A DNA stretch of 64,000 nt from a virus. The position numbers were made by a program, and so were the translations under genes. The notes below the pieces were generated by a model. The model saw only the letters and a list, made by a program, of their open reading frames with translations. It was not told the DNA's origin and made no database searches. The stretch spans positions 40,644 to 104,643 of IMG/VR virus record IMGVR_UViG_3300033489_000003. One strand, 5' to 3'. Shown piece by piece: positions 48,309-58,610 of this stretch. Numbering within the stretch: the stretch's first letter is position 1; each line of letters begins with the position of its first letter.

Positions 48309-50146
48309 GCGCCAAGGAGATCGCGCAGGTCGTTGCAGGTGAGCGCAAATGGCATGTCGAGCAAGGCGATTGCCGCGATCTCCTCCGTCTCCTACAAGAC
48401 AACTGCGTCGACGCCATCGTGATCGATCTGCCATACGAAATTGGATTCATGTCAGCGACGTGGGACCGCACCGGCATCGCGTTCGATGTCGCGATGTGGA
48501 AAGAGGCGCTGCGCGTTCTCAAGCCAGGCGGTCACATTCTCTCGTTCGGCGGCACGCGCACCTATCACCGTATGGCGTGCGCGATTGAGGACGCCGGCGC
48601 TTGGTTTCGTGATCAAATTGATTGGTTATATGCACAAGGAATGCCGAAAGGACAGAATGTCAATAAGTTTGCCTACGGCGTCTGTCGTTGTGAAGAGGTA
48701 TCCCAACACGACGTGTCGCGTGTGCGGTCGTCCGACGTACAAACGTCCTTACCAGTTGGCGATGGGGAAGGGTCTGTACTGTTCGAGGGGCTGCCGGAAC
48801 AAGGCCCATCCACAGAAGGGGAGGTGCCCGCCGCGTCCTTACATGCGTGGAGCCCTCAACCCGGCATGGAAGGGTGGCGTGACGATTCGGAAGGCCCACG
48901 GGAACTACAAGGGCGGTCGCTACGTGCGGTGTCCGCCGGAACTGCTGACGATGGCGCGCCCGGACAAGTATATAGCGGAGCATCGACTGGTGATGGCGCG
49001 GTTGGTGGGCAGACCCTTGACGAGCGTCGAGGTAGTTCACCACGAAAACCACGACTCCCACGACAACGCGCCAAAGAACCTAGAACTTTGGCCAGACAAC
49101 AGGAGTCACAAGCTAGCGGAGCATGGCCGATTTGTGGAAGGTGCGGCCAACCTCGTCTTGCCACGGGTCTTGGCACTGGTCTGAAGCCATCTCATGAGCC
49201 GATCGCCATGGCGATGAAGCCGCTCGACGGCACATTCGAGCACAACGTCCGCAAGTGGGGAACGGGCGCGATCAATGTTGACGCGTGTCGAGTTGGAACC
49301 ATTGGTGGCACCCATAAATTTGATGCACCAAAAGACTCATCAGTTGGTGTTTTTGGCGACGGGCTAAATGGTGGCGGAGGTAAGGGGAGAGAAATAGATG
49401 CCGGCCGCTGGCCCGCAAATCTCATCCTCTCGCACGCAGAAGGCTGCCAGCGCGTCGGTGTCCGCAAAGTCAAAGTCGCGCCGCCGTGGAACGATAACCG
49501 GCCACCTTCGCTCTTCACTGGCGCGGAGACGTCACCGGTGCACCACACGGACGGCGACGGATTCGAGACGGTGGACGACTACCGCTGCGTCGAAGGGTGC
49601 CCAGTGGGGATGTTGGATGGGCAGAGCGGGGTGAGCGGACCAAGCGGTCGCCCTAACAGTTACGGCAATGTGTACCGCAATACCGGGTTCGGTGATTTTG
49701 GTCACAGCGAGTACCACAACCTGCATCTAGACTCAGGCGGCGCCTCTCGCTACTTCACCACGTTCCCCTACGAGCCGTTCTTTTACGAGCCGAAAGCGTC
49801 GCAGGCAGAACGGGAGCGCGGCTGCGAGTGGATGGACGAGGAAGTCGTCGACGACGGGCGTCACACGCCGAACGACACGCCCTACCAGCGCGGCAAGAAG
49901 AAGCGGAAGAACACGCACACGACGGTGAAGCCCGTCGGCGTGATCCGCTGGTGCACGCGTCTCGTGTGCCGTCGCGGCGGCCTCGTGCTCGACATGACAT
50001 GCGGGAGCGGTACCGGTGGGATCGCGGCGCTCGCCGAGGGCTGTCGCTGGATCGGTTTTGAGCTCAAGCCGAAGCACGTTGAAATCGCCATCGCGCGAAT
50101 CATCGGCGACGCGCCGCTGCTTAACACGATCGGAGCCGTCCGATGA
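48305..50146 (+). CDS. N4/N6 amino DNA methyltransferase (beta class) with a large insertion
   Basis: GDC, motif IV DLPY, RVLKPGG, LKPSHEPI, GRWPAN, HTTVKP, motif I DMTCGSGT. Confidence 0.9.
   Translation: MSAKEIAQVVAGERKWHVEQGDCRDLLRLLQDNCVDAIVIDLPYEIGFMSATWDRTGIAFDVAMWKEALRVLKPGGHILSFGGTRTYHRMACAIEDAGAWFRDQIDWLYAQGMPKGQNVNKFAYGVCRCEEVSQHDVSRVRSSDVQTSLPVGDGEGSVLFEGLPEQGPSTEGEVPAASLHAWSPQPGMEGWRDDSEGPRELQGRSLRAVSAGTADDGAPGQVYSGASTGDGAVGGQTLDERRGSSPRKPRLPRQRAKEPRTLARQQESQASGAWPICGRCGQPRLATGLGTGLKPSHEPIAMAMKPLDGTFEHNVRKWGTGAINVDACRVGTIGGTHKFDAPKDSSVGVFGDGLNGGGGKGREIDAGRWPANLILSHAEGCQRVGVRKVKVAPPWNDNRPPSLFTGAETSPVHHTDGDGFETVDDYRCVEGCPVGMLDGQSGVSGPSGRPNSYGNVYRNTGFGDFGHSEYHNLHLDSGGASRYFTTFPYEPFFYEPKASQAERERGCEWMDEEVVDDGRHTPNDTPYQRGKKKRKNTHTTVKPVGVIRWCTRLVCRRGGLVLDMTCGSGTGGIAALAEGCRWIGFELKPKHVEIAIARIIGDAPLLNTIGAVR
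48657..49184 (+). CDS. HNH homing endonuclease nested in the +1 frame of the methyltransferase
   Basis: AAAGGA RBS; CRVC..YCSRGC, NPAWKGG, YIAEHRLVMA..VGRPL...EVVHHEN....DN...NLEL. Confidence 0.9.
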   Translation: MSISLPTASVVVKRYPNTTCRVCGRPTYKRPYQLAMGKGLYCSRGCRNKAHPQKGRCPPRPYMRGALNPAWKGGVTIRKAHGNYKGGRYVRCPPELLTMARPDKYIAEHRLVMARLVGRPLTSVEVVHHENHDSHDNAPKNLELWPDNRSHKLAEHGRFVEGAANLVLPRVLALV

Positions 50147-50817
50147 TCCACCCGGTCCGCTGCCTCCAGCGCCACCAATCGACTTATTTGAGCGACGTCA
50201 TCAATCGAGACGGCAGCATCTCGCACTTGTGCGGAGACTGTCAGCGCGAGGCAAGCGACCAGCTCGTTTTGGTCAACCTCGTCCGTCTGCTTTTTAAGAG
50301 GTCGAGCGAGCTGACGGCGGATGAGCGGAAGGAGAGTGGGACGTGAGAACAGCGCCCCCTTGTCCGCCGCACGTCATTGACGCGATCAATTCCGCGATGA
50401 AAGACGCATATATCGCAGGGCTCAAGGACGGGTTAGCGGTTGCCGAGAACATTCGTGGCTGGCTCACTAGAGAGCCTGACACCAACAGGCAAGCCGAGGC
50501 CCGAGCGTGGGCGGACGCGGCAATTGAGCGAGCGAAGAAAAGAGTGTTGCTATGAGGGATCGCTGGAAAGACACCAGTTCCTGGAGCCAGCGCGACCCGT
50601 CGGATCTTCGCGTCCCAAAGGAGTGGACTCTTCGCACGGCCAACGTCCGAATCGTCGTGCACCATCACATGGATTACGAGCCCGACCGGTGGTTCTGCTC
50701 CGCGTATCCGTTGTTCGACATGCAAGGTCTGATGGCTGGCGACGCTGAGGCGGCCAAGGCTGAGGCTGTGGAGCTCGTTGGACAGTGGTTGCGGACGGCG
50801 CTGAGGGGGCTGGAGAC

Positions 50818-51237
50818 ATGATCGTTCTTGTTACAGGAGGTCGTGACTTCGCCGACGAAGCGCTGCTGTATGCGACGCTCGACCGCGTCCACGCGGAGAC
50901 GCCCATCCTTGCCGTCATCCACGGCGGATGCCACGAGCGCGGCAAGTCGGAGTTCTGTGGTGCCGATGGGCTGGCTGACGATTGGGCGAAGAGCCGCGGC
51001 GTGCGCGTTGAGCCGTATCCGGTCAGCGATGAGGAAGGGGAGCGAAAGGGGAAGCGTGCGGGGCCTGAGCGAAACGGCTTCTGCGTTGGTCGCCTGGCCA
51101 CGCTGGCTGGGTCGCTGGGCGCCGAGAAGCTGTGCGTGGCGTTTCCCACGGGCGGACCTGGCACGCGCGACTGCATGCGGCAGGCGCGCGGCGCGCGGGT
51201 TGAGGTTGTTGTGATTGAGGGCGGTGAGCATGCTTAG
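50818..51237 (+). CDS. DUF2493/SLOG family protein
   Basis: VLVTGGRDF, VIHGG, GADGLA..WA, AGP.RN, VAFP.GG.GT. Confidence 0.85.
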   Translation: MIVLVTGGRDFADEALLYATLDRVHAETPILAVIHGGCHERGKSEFCGADGLADDWAKSRGVRVEPYPVSDEEGERKGKRAGPERNGFCVGRLATLAGSLGAEKLCVAFPTGGPGTRDCMRQARGARVEVVVIEGGEHA

Positions 51238-51721
51238 CTTCCGCATCGACGGAGAGAGGCTGTTGCACGACAACCGTTATACCGATAGGAGCGACGCTGG
51301 TTTCCGTGCCTACATCAGTTCAATCGCGTACTGTTGCGAGTTCAGTCTTTGGGACTGCCTTGTAACTAGGGACGCGACGTGGATGTTCAGTAGGCCGGAA
51401 TGCCTTGAAGCTGTCGAAGAGGAACTATTTCGTGCCCGATTGTGGGTAGTGGACGGCCGCACGCTGCAAGTCTTTGGCAAAGGCAAATTGTTCGAGCTCG
51501 TAGCGAGAGAGCCAATCTCAAAGGCTCTGCGAGCAAAAGTGGTTGCTCGCGACGGGCTACTGTGCGGTATCTGCGGTGGCGACGTCGAGTACAATGATGT
51601 TCACCTCGACCACGTCAGACCTGTGCTGCTTGGCGGACCTACAGTCGCGTCGAATCTGCGCGTGACTCATTCTCAGTGCAACTTGCGACGCCCGAAGCGG
51701 CCGGAGGAATTTATCCAATGA
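51230..51721 (+). CDS. HNH (McrA-type) nuclease with a Rep-like N-terminal domain
   Basis: ARDGLLCGICG..HLDHVRP...GG.....NLRVTHSQCN. Confidence 0.85.
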   Translation: MLSFRIDGERLLHDNRYTDRSDAGFRAYISSIAYCCEFSLWDCLVTRDATWMFSRPECLEAVEEELFRARLWVVDGRTLQVFGKGKLFELVAREPISKALRAKVVARDGLLCGICGGDVEYNDVHLDHVRPVLLGGPTVASNLRVTHSQCNLRRPKRPEEFIQ

Positions 51722-52542
51722 CTTCGTCCAACTTCGACTCCAGTGCTCGCGACCACGCCAAGTGCCAGAAGGCAGGCAACGAGGCTGCCGCGTTCTGGAT
51801 GTGGTCGATCCAGTGGTCACGCAAGAATGGCACGCACGGCTTTCTCGAAGAGGGCTCGCTTCACACGATTCCGCCGACCCACATCAAGCCTGCGCTCGCC
51901 AAGAAGCTTGCTGATGCTTGCGTTGGCGCCGTAGTCAAGAAGGGCGGCGTCGGCCTCCTGGAGCGCGTCGAAGGCGGCTACCAGATCCACGACTTCGTCG
52001 AATGGTACCAGCCCGACGACGAGGAGGCGGCGAAGGAGAGGGCGCGCGTCCGTATGCGAGATGTTCGCGCGAACGATCGCGCACACAAACAACGAACGTT
52101 AGACGAACTACATGGTCACGTTGGCGATGCGTTTGCTGATGGTTCGCGTTCTCGCGCGGCCGCGGGCGGGATCTCCCCTCTGGTTCTTTCTGGATCTGAT
52201 CCGGATCCTACCGGAGATCCAGATGGATCCAGTAACCGCGCGAGGGGTGGGCGGGGGTCTCGGTTGCCGGCTGGGTGGGCGCCGACCGACGTTGACCGGG
52301 CGTTCGCGGCGAAGCGCGGTTGGGGTGACGAGCGCATCGCCGATGAGGCGACGCACTTCGCGGCGCACCACACGGCCAAAGGGACCGCGTCCAAAAGCTG
52401 GGCTGCGTCGTGGATGACTTGGGTCATGCAGAGCCGTCGGTGGGAGCGCGGGAACGGCACACCACGCAGCGGCGTCCAGCGCGCCGTCCAACCGGCCCCG
52501 CTCCCCATCTCCGACGACGACGCCCCGACGGTGGTCCGATGA
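51718..52542 (+). CDS. Phage replication initiator-like protein
   Basis: DHAK...AG..A...W N-domain, GYQIHDF.EWYQ, low-complexity linker, RLP.GW.P..F..H...W..SW.TW; upstream of a DnaC-like gene. Confidence 0.72.
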   Translation: MTSSNFDSSARDHAKCQKAGNEAAAFWMWSIQWSRKNGTHGFLEEGSLHTIPPTHIKPALAKKLADACVGAVVKKGGVGLLERVEGGYQIHDFVEWYQPDDEEAAKERARVRMRDVRANDRAHKQRTLDELHGHVGDAFADGSRSRAAAGGISPLVLSGSDPDPTGDPDGSSNRARGGRGSRLPAGWAPTDVDRAFAAKRGWGDERIADEATHFAAHHTAKGTASKSWAASWMTWVMQSRRWERGNGTPRSGVQRAVQPAPLPISDDDAPTVVR

Positions 52543-53276
52543 TGTCCAGGTTCGACGAGATCGCGCGCAAGGCCGGTCTAATCGCCAAGCTGCCGGCTGT
52601 TCCTGCTCGCCGCCGGTTCACGTGCGGACGCTGCGAGCGCGAGCTGTCGGCCAACGTCTGCGTGTGCGACGAGTGCGCGCAGGCCGAGCGGTACGAGCGC
52701 CGCGGGTTCGAGCTCAACCGTGCCAGAGAATCGATCCCTAGCCGGTTCCGGTGGTCCCGACTTACCGCGCCAGAGCTCGCCAAACGGCTCAAGGCGACGC
52801 CGAAGGTTATCCGGGCGGCTTGGACTGCCATTGGCGGCGCAAACCCCACCGTGACGATCGTGGGCCAATCAGGGACCGGTAAGACGTCGCTCGCCGTGGC
52901 GATGCTGGCCGAGGTCATCGAAGCCGGCGCGGCGATGTCGTGCGACATGAAGACGCTAGAGCGGGCTCGGTTCGCTCACTTCGCCGACGCGCCGCAGCTC
53001 GCGATCTCGCGCAAAGAGCACAAGCTTGGTGCCGACGCTCCAGGTGAAGTGCTGCGCGCTCGACGCGCCAGCGTGCTGGTGCTCGACGAAGTCGGCAAGG
53101 AAGGCCGCGGAGAACTCGACGTCGCCAAGATCATTCACGAGCGCGAGGCTGCTTGCGCATTGACGATTGTGACAACGTGGCTAGATGAAGCTGGCATCTT
53201 AGCGGCATACGACGGTGGGCTGGCCCGTCGACTCTTTCGCAAGTCGATCCTGTTCGAACTCGGAGGCGCGAAGTGA
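52539..53276 (+). CDS. DnaC/IstB-like AAA+ helicase loader
   Basis: IPSRF, GQSGTGKT, LVLDEVGKE, TIVTT, ARRL. Confidence 0.85.
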   Translation: MMSRFDEIARKAGLIAKLPAVPARRRFTCGRCERELSANVCVCDECAQAERYERRGFELNRARESIPSRFRWSRLTAPELAKRLKATPKVIRAAWTAIGGANPTVTIVGQSGTGKTSLAVAMLAEVIEAGAAMSCDMKTLERARFAHFADAPQLAISRKEHKLGADAPGEVLRARRASVLVLDEVGKEGRGELDVAKIIHEREAACALTIVTTWLDEAGILAAYDGGLARRLFRKSILFELGGAK

Positions 53277-53511
53277 TCACGAAAGAACTGGCGGATCGCG
53301 GCAAGGAATACGGCTTGTCGCCGGCCATGACGGAAGAACTCTTCTGGGCATTCCGGCACGCGAAGAACGGCGTTCCAGTGCACACGCACGCGGTCGGTCG
53401 TGAGCGCCGGACAGTGGAGGCGCTGGATCGCCGCCGCCTCTTGCGTTGGAAGCGATCCGGCGGGCGCGTGCTCAGCGCCAAAGGCCGACGTCTCGCCGAA
53501 AGGATGTTCGC

Positions 53512-53841
53512 GTGACGGCCGCTCCCAAACTCAAGCCATGCGTCGGCGTCTGCGGCCGAGTGCTGGCGCTCTCCGAGTTCCGACGCGACCCGTCGCACCA
53601 TGACGGCCATGCCGACTACTGTCGCGACTGCGCGCCAATCCGTCACCTCATCGCGATGCGGCTGGACGATGCCGAGGAACTGTCGCCGCAAGAGCTCACG
53701 CCCGCGATGACGTTCGAGGAGATCGGCGAAGAGTTGGGACTCACGCGTCAGCGCGTGCAGCAGATCGAGGCTACGGCGCTGCGGAAGCTACGAAACAACG
53801 CGTTCGCGATGGCGGCCATACGGAGGTTGTTGGAAGCATGA
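53512..53841 (+). CDS. Zn ribbon + sigma70 region 4-like HTH protein
   Basis: CVGVC..CRDC; MTFEEIGEELGLTRQRVQQIEATALRKLR. Confidence 0.82.
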   Translation: MTAAPKLKPCVGVCGRVLALSEFRRDPSHHDGHADYCRDCAPIRHLIAMRLDDAEELSPQELTPAMTFEEIGEELGLTRQRVQQIEATALRKLRNNAFAMAAIRRLLEA

Positions 53842-54161
53842 CACCGCAAGAGATTATCGAACGACTCCCGCCATTCGCTCGGTTGCTTCTCGACAAGGCT
53901 GCCGACGTGTACGGGGTCGCGCCCGAACTCATCGTCGGACATTGCCGGCTCAAGCCGATCGCGTTGGCGCGGCACGCCTGGTGGGCCGCACTCTACGGAC
54001 TATTCCCGCATTGGTCGTTCCCGTATATCGGCGCGCTCACTGGGCACGATCACACGTCCGTTATGTACGGGCGAGCCGAGTATCTGAAGCGCGGCCGACA
54101 GCCACTCATGCTCAGCGCGCCGGCGCCAATCGTCGTCGCCATCGAGGAGAAAGTCGCATGA
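53838..54161 (+). CDS. DnaA domain IV-like HTH protein
   Basis: R.K.I..ARH......SFP.IG...G.DHTSVMYG. Confidence 0.75.
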   Translation: MTPQEIIERLPPFARLLLDKAADVYGVAPELIVGHCRLKPIALARHAWWAALYGLFPHWSFPYIGALTGHDHTSVMYGRAEYLKRGRQPLMLSAPAPIVVAIEEKVA

Positions 54162-55135
54162 CCACAATCGAAATCATCCTGACGGTGGCGCTGGTCGTCA
54201 TCGCGATAGCGGACCTGCTGACGCACCAGCGAGCGGACGCTCGGCTCAACGACGCGGAGCGAGACATCGCGAAGCTCGACGCCGTTGGGCTCAAGCTCAC
54301 GGTGGATCTCGACAAGCTAGCGGCCCGCATCCCGCCGGTTAAGGCGCGCAAGCCGCGGAGCGAGTCGGGGCCGATCAAGCGATCCGACGCGCCGATACCG
54401 TTCGTTCCCACGAATCCGAACGCGCCGTTCGTCGTTGACCTGTCGACGCCGCTGGCGGAGCCGGCGCGCGTCAGTGCGCCAGATAGACCCGCGAGCGTAG
54501 CGGTCGGAGCGTCGTCGTTCCGCGGGACGCCGAAGAAGCCGGAAGGCGATGGCGGAGGAGATGCGGCGTGATGGAATACGGATACGGCTGCTTCTTCGAC
54601 TCGGCATCTCTGCCGTGGGCGATGTTTCACGAGCGCGACGACGCGATCGCCTACGCGAAAGCCGAAGTGGCGAAGCGGTTGGCAACCGGATTTTACCGAT
54701 ACTGCCAAATGCATGTTCACTTCAAGGACCACGACAAGCCGTGGGAGAAGACTGCGGTTTGGGATTCTGACGATTGGGCGCGGGACACGCCGGCAGTCGT
54801 CTCCTACCAGCCGAAGCAACTCGAGCCGCTTGAAGAGCCGTCGGAGTTCGAGCGCGGGCTGGCGGACGTTGGCAGGGTTGACGACGGGAAGGGATGTGGA
54901 GAATGACTGATCGCGTTCTGCACTGCTGGAAAGACCGCAAAGAAGCCACCGAAGAGACCTACGAGTCGGAGCACGGTGCCGGCTCGTTCTTCGGTTCCGA
55001 CGCGTGGGTCAACACGTGGCATGACGACTGGAAGAACGGCACGTGCATGCTTGAAGCTGGGCACGATGGGCCGCACGACTTCACGGATGACGACGACATC
55101 GGCGTGTCGTTCGTTGCGCAAGAGGATCAAACGTC

Positions 55136-56002
55136 ATGACCGCCGCAATCCTTTCCAAAATCCAAACGGACGCCTTCGCGTGGCAGCTCAAGAACTTCGG
55201 CAAGCCAGACGGTCTGCTCATGATTGCGGGCATGACCGAGGAATTTGGCGAGGCCCAGGAGCACGTGGCGGACACGGAAAGGTTCATTGACGGCGTGTCG
55301 GATTGCGCCATTTACTGCATGCAGCTCTGTTCGGTGTGCGGATGGGACATCGGAGAATTGTGGGACGCGCGCGACCTCTACGAGATGCCGTCGCGGCCGT
55401 GGCCGATCTTGCTTGGCAGAATCTCGCACCACTACGTCAAAGGGCGCGTGTCGCGCTACCGTGGCACGCAGCAAGAGCACGACGTGCGGTGTCGCGCCGC
55501 AATCTCAGGGCTGCTGAAATACTGGGACGTCCTGCTGAGCGGCATGGGGCATGACGTGATCTCAGCGATCGAGAATACGTGGAAGGAAGTAGCGCGACGC
55601 GACTGGACGAAGGTGAGGCAGGTGCCGATAGACGATCCGTATGAACTGCTCCTTGTTCGCGTGGCGCGACTAATAGGGCCTACCGCGTTCACCAAAACGG
55701 AATGGAACTTCATCATGGCGATGCATGGCGCAAATGTCGGCGCTGCGCCGCGTCAGCCAACGGGCGACGTTGTCCGTCGTCTGGACGGCTACCAGTCGCG
55801 ATGTAAACGATGCGACAACCGCCTCCGTCTTACACGCATGCACCAAAATGTCGCGGTCGGCGCCAGCGTTGCCGACGGTGACGGCGCGACGCACGAGTCG
55901 ATCGCGGCAGAGTTGGGCGTCACGCGGGCGAGAGTGCAACAGATCGAAGCGGCAGCGATCCGAAAGCTGAGAGCTGCCGCAAGAAAGCTGGGGCTCACAT
56001 GA
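55136..56002 (+). CDS. MazG-like NTP pyrophosphatase fused to a sigma70 region 4-like HTH
   Basis: W..KNF, EEFGE...DGVSD; C-terminal THESIAAELGVTRARVQQIEAAAIRKLR. Confidence 0.68.
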   Translation: MTAAILSKIQTDAFAWQLKNFGKPDGLLMIAGMTEEFGEAQEHVADTERFIDGVSDCAIYCMQLCSVCGWDIGELWDARDLYEMPSRPWPILLGRISHHYVKGRVSRYRGTQQEHDVRCRAAISGLLKYWDVLLSGMGHDVISAIENTWKEVARRDWTKVRQVPIDDPYELLLVRVARLIGPTAFTKTEWNFIMAMHGANVGAAPRQPTGDVVRRLDGYQSRCKRCDNRLRLTRMHQNVAVGASVADGDGATHESIAAELGVTRARVQQIEAAAIRKLRAAARKLGLT

Positions 56003-56440
56003 CCCACGCCAAGCACATCACGGTCCGCTGCCTAGCGCGCAAGCTCGAAGTCCTATGCGACGAATTCGAAGCCGCGCGCGGCCCCAACACATTCGTCGGC
56101 TCGCCGGAGTGGCGCGCGACGCTGCACCAGGATTGGCGTGATGGGACTTGTTTGCGCGAAGCGGGGCATGCGGGAAATTGCGAGTTCACCGACGACGTGC
56201 GGCGGGATGAGAAGGAGAGGAAGGCGTCGTAATGTTGAATAAACCGCATCCGCGAGTGCGCGTCATATCATGGTCGAAGACAATGCGACTGAAGCGACGG
56301 CACGAGGTGCAGATCGCGCATGCGCCGTGGTGCGACGGCGACGAAGTGCCTATCGCTCGTTTCGGCAAGCGATCGGAGGCAGATGAGTACGCCAAACTAC
56401 TGCGGTTGGTGTTGCCAAACGGCGGTAAAGGAGTTTGCTG

Positions 56441-56794
56441 ATGCGAATCGTTTACGTGGCCGCGCCGTACAGAGCCCCAACGACATGGGAGCGCGAATGC
56501 AACATCCAATCTGCGCGGCGCGTCGGCGCGGAGGTGGCGAAGCTTGGCGGATTCCCGCTCATTCCACACAGCAATTCGGCGCACATGGACGGGCTGTGTG
56601 ACGATGCGTTCTGGCTCTCCGGTACGCTGGAGTTGCTACGTCGATCCGATGCCGTTGTGCTCGGGCCGCGGTGGGAGCAATCATCGGGCGCGCGCGCCGA
56701 GAAGAATGAAGCCGAACGGCTCGGCATTCCGGTGTTCGACAATCTGCCGGACCTCGAATGGTGGCTGAAGAACGTTCCGGCGAAGGTGGCGTGA
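56441..56794 (+). CDS. DUF1937/DUF4406 (nucleoside deoxyribosyltransferase-like) protein
   Basis: YVAAPY, PH.N, L.RSDAV, WEQSSGARAE. Confidence 0.8.
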   Translation: MRIVYVAAPYRAPTTWERECNIQSARRVGAEVAKLGGFPLIPHSNSAHMDGLCDDAFWLSGTLELLRRSDAVVLGPRWEQSSGARAEKNEAERLGIPVFDNLPDLEWWLKNVPAKVA

Positions 56795-58106
56795 TGCTCC
56801 GCGTCCTCCTCCAGATCGTTCCAGGTGGCGACGAGCGCCGCACGCGCGAGATCGGCCGGCTCGAGATCTCGAACGTCTATGAGTTTGCGGACGTGTCGGA
56901 TTACGCGTGGCAGATGTTTCATGAGGGCAAGCCGTACAAGACGGGCGTGCATCCGGGGCATCCGCGCAAAACGGGCGCGCGGCGACTGCTGCGACAGATC
57001 CTAGTTGGAATGAACCTACGGGAGTTGCCAGTTGCCCAAGATCAAGCGTCGCCCGAAGCGTCGAAGGAGTAAGCCGGTGCAGAAGCAGATCGCCATCATC
57101 AAACGACCAACAGTCATCGACGACGCCGACGACTGGATCGAGTCGGTCATGACGGCGGTGTGGCGGATGCTCGACGAGCAGAGCGACGGCGCAGCGTGCA
57201 TTACGACGCCGCGTGGTCGCGCGTGCGAAGTGACGGTGCGGTTCACCGTGGGAGGCTCAGCGTGATCAGCAACGATGCTCCGTTGACATGTGGCTGTACA
57301 TCGACGCAGCCATGCGAGAAGGCCGCGCAGATCTTCGCCAAGGGCACGCACTGGCGCGGACCGCTTCTCCAACACTTGGCGGCCGGCGCGAGACTGCCGA
57401 AGCTGCGCCGCAGTCGGCTCCACAACTGGGCTTACTGTCGCGACGGCGTGGTGCTGAAGCGGTGCCGCAATTGCAATCTCGAGCACACGTCGGGCCGGCA
57501 ACTCGGCAAGTCCGCGGGCGCGACCCGGTACACGCGGCACGTCGGCGGCGAGTGGGTCGAGTGTCCGCCGTTGCCGGATTGCGTGGTTGTGACCGCGGCG
57601 AACATCGAAGAGGAGAACGGGCCGACATGAAGACGGCGAGAGAATTGGCCAATAGCGTATCCGACAAGTACTGGGTAGGCGACGATGACAACGCGTGGAT
57701 CCCAAATCTTTTGCCGACCGAGTTTGAAGAGTTCATCCGTGGGGTGCAGGCTGACGCTCTCGACACCGCGGTAGAGCTTTGCCTTACCGCCGCGAATGGT
57801 GTGATTCGGTGCGGCACAACTGGCCCGCTGGAAGAAGCGTTGCAACGGCACACGGCCGACGTCTCCATGATGTGCGGCGCGGCGATTCGCATTCTGAAAG
57901 AGACAGCGCTACCGCAGCCAAACGTGCCGACCGGCAACAACCCAGCGCCGGAGCCGAAACAATGACCATCACCAGCAACGCCGTCGTCATCTTCGCGTTA
58001 TCGACGTGGCTGGTCATGTTCGTTTGGCAGATGGTCAGCGGCCACTTGGAGCGCAAGCGAGCGCGAAGGCTGCTTGAGGAGATGATGGGCGGAGAGGACG
58101 GCGAAG

Positions 58107-58610
58107 ATGGCGGCTAACCGAATCAGCTTGGCTGAGTGGCGCAAGCTAGCGGGCAAGCCGCGCAAGGCGGCAAAGGCGAAACCCGCAGCGAAGAGACCGC
58201 GCAAGCCTACGCCGTTCGTGGCGCCGGCATACGGCATTGTCGACGGCGGCATCGAAGTCACGGTCCCGCTTCGGCTCAAGAGCCTGAACAAGCAGGAGAA
58301 CGGATTTGCGCGGCACAGAAGGGTCAAGATGGAGCACGAAGCGATTGTGCGTCTATTGAATCGAGCGATGCGCGTGTACGGCTTAATAGGCCATCAGCTT
58401 GTGACGCTCACACGTCTCGGCCCAGTGTTATTAGACGACGATAATAATTTCGGTGCGCTGAAAGCGTCGACAGATGCAACGGCGCGCTGGCTGGGCGTTA
58501 GCGATGCGCCCGACAGCCCAACGAAGTTCGTCAGGAAGCAGGAGAAGTCGCCAGCGTTCGGCGTCAAGATCCGCATAGAGCCGTTGAAGAAAGAGGCGTC
58601 GAATGGCTGA
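58107..58610 (+). CDS. RusA-like Holliday junction resolvase
   Basis: SLN, VTLTR, LDDDN...ALK...D, GVSD. Confidence 0.7.
   Translation: MAANRISLAEWRKLAGKPRKAAKAKPAAKRPRKPTPFVAPAYGIVDGGIEVTVPLRLKSLNKQENGFARHRRVKMEHEAIVRLLNRAMRVYGLIGHQLVTLTRLGPVLLDDDNNFGALKASTDATARWLGVSDAPDSPTKFVRKQEKSPAFGVKIRIEPLKKEASNG

Noticed and set aside
48680-49170. Intein in the methyltransferase
   Set aside because: No Hint-domain blocks or terminal His-Asn, and the nuclease is in a different reading frame.
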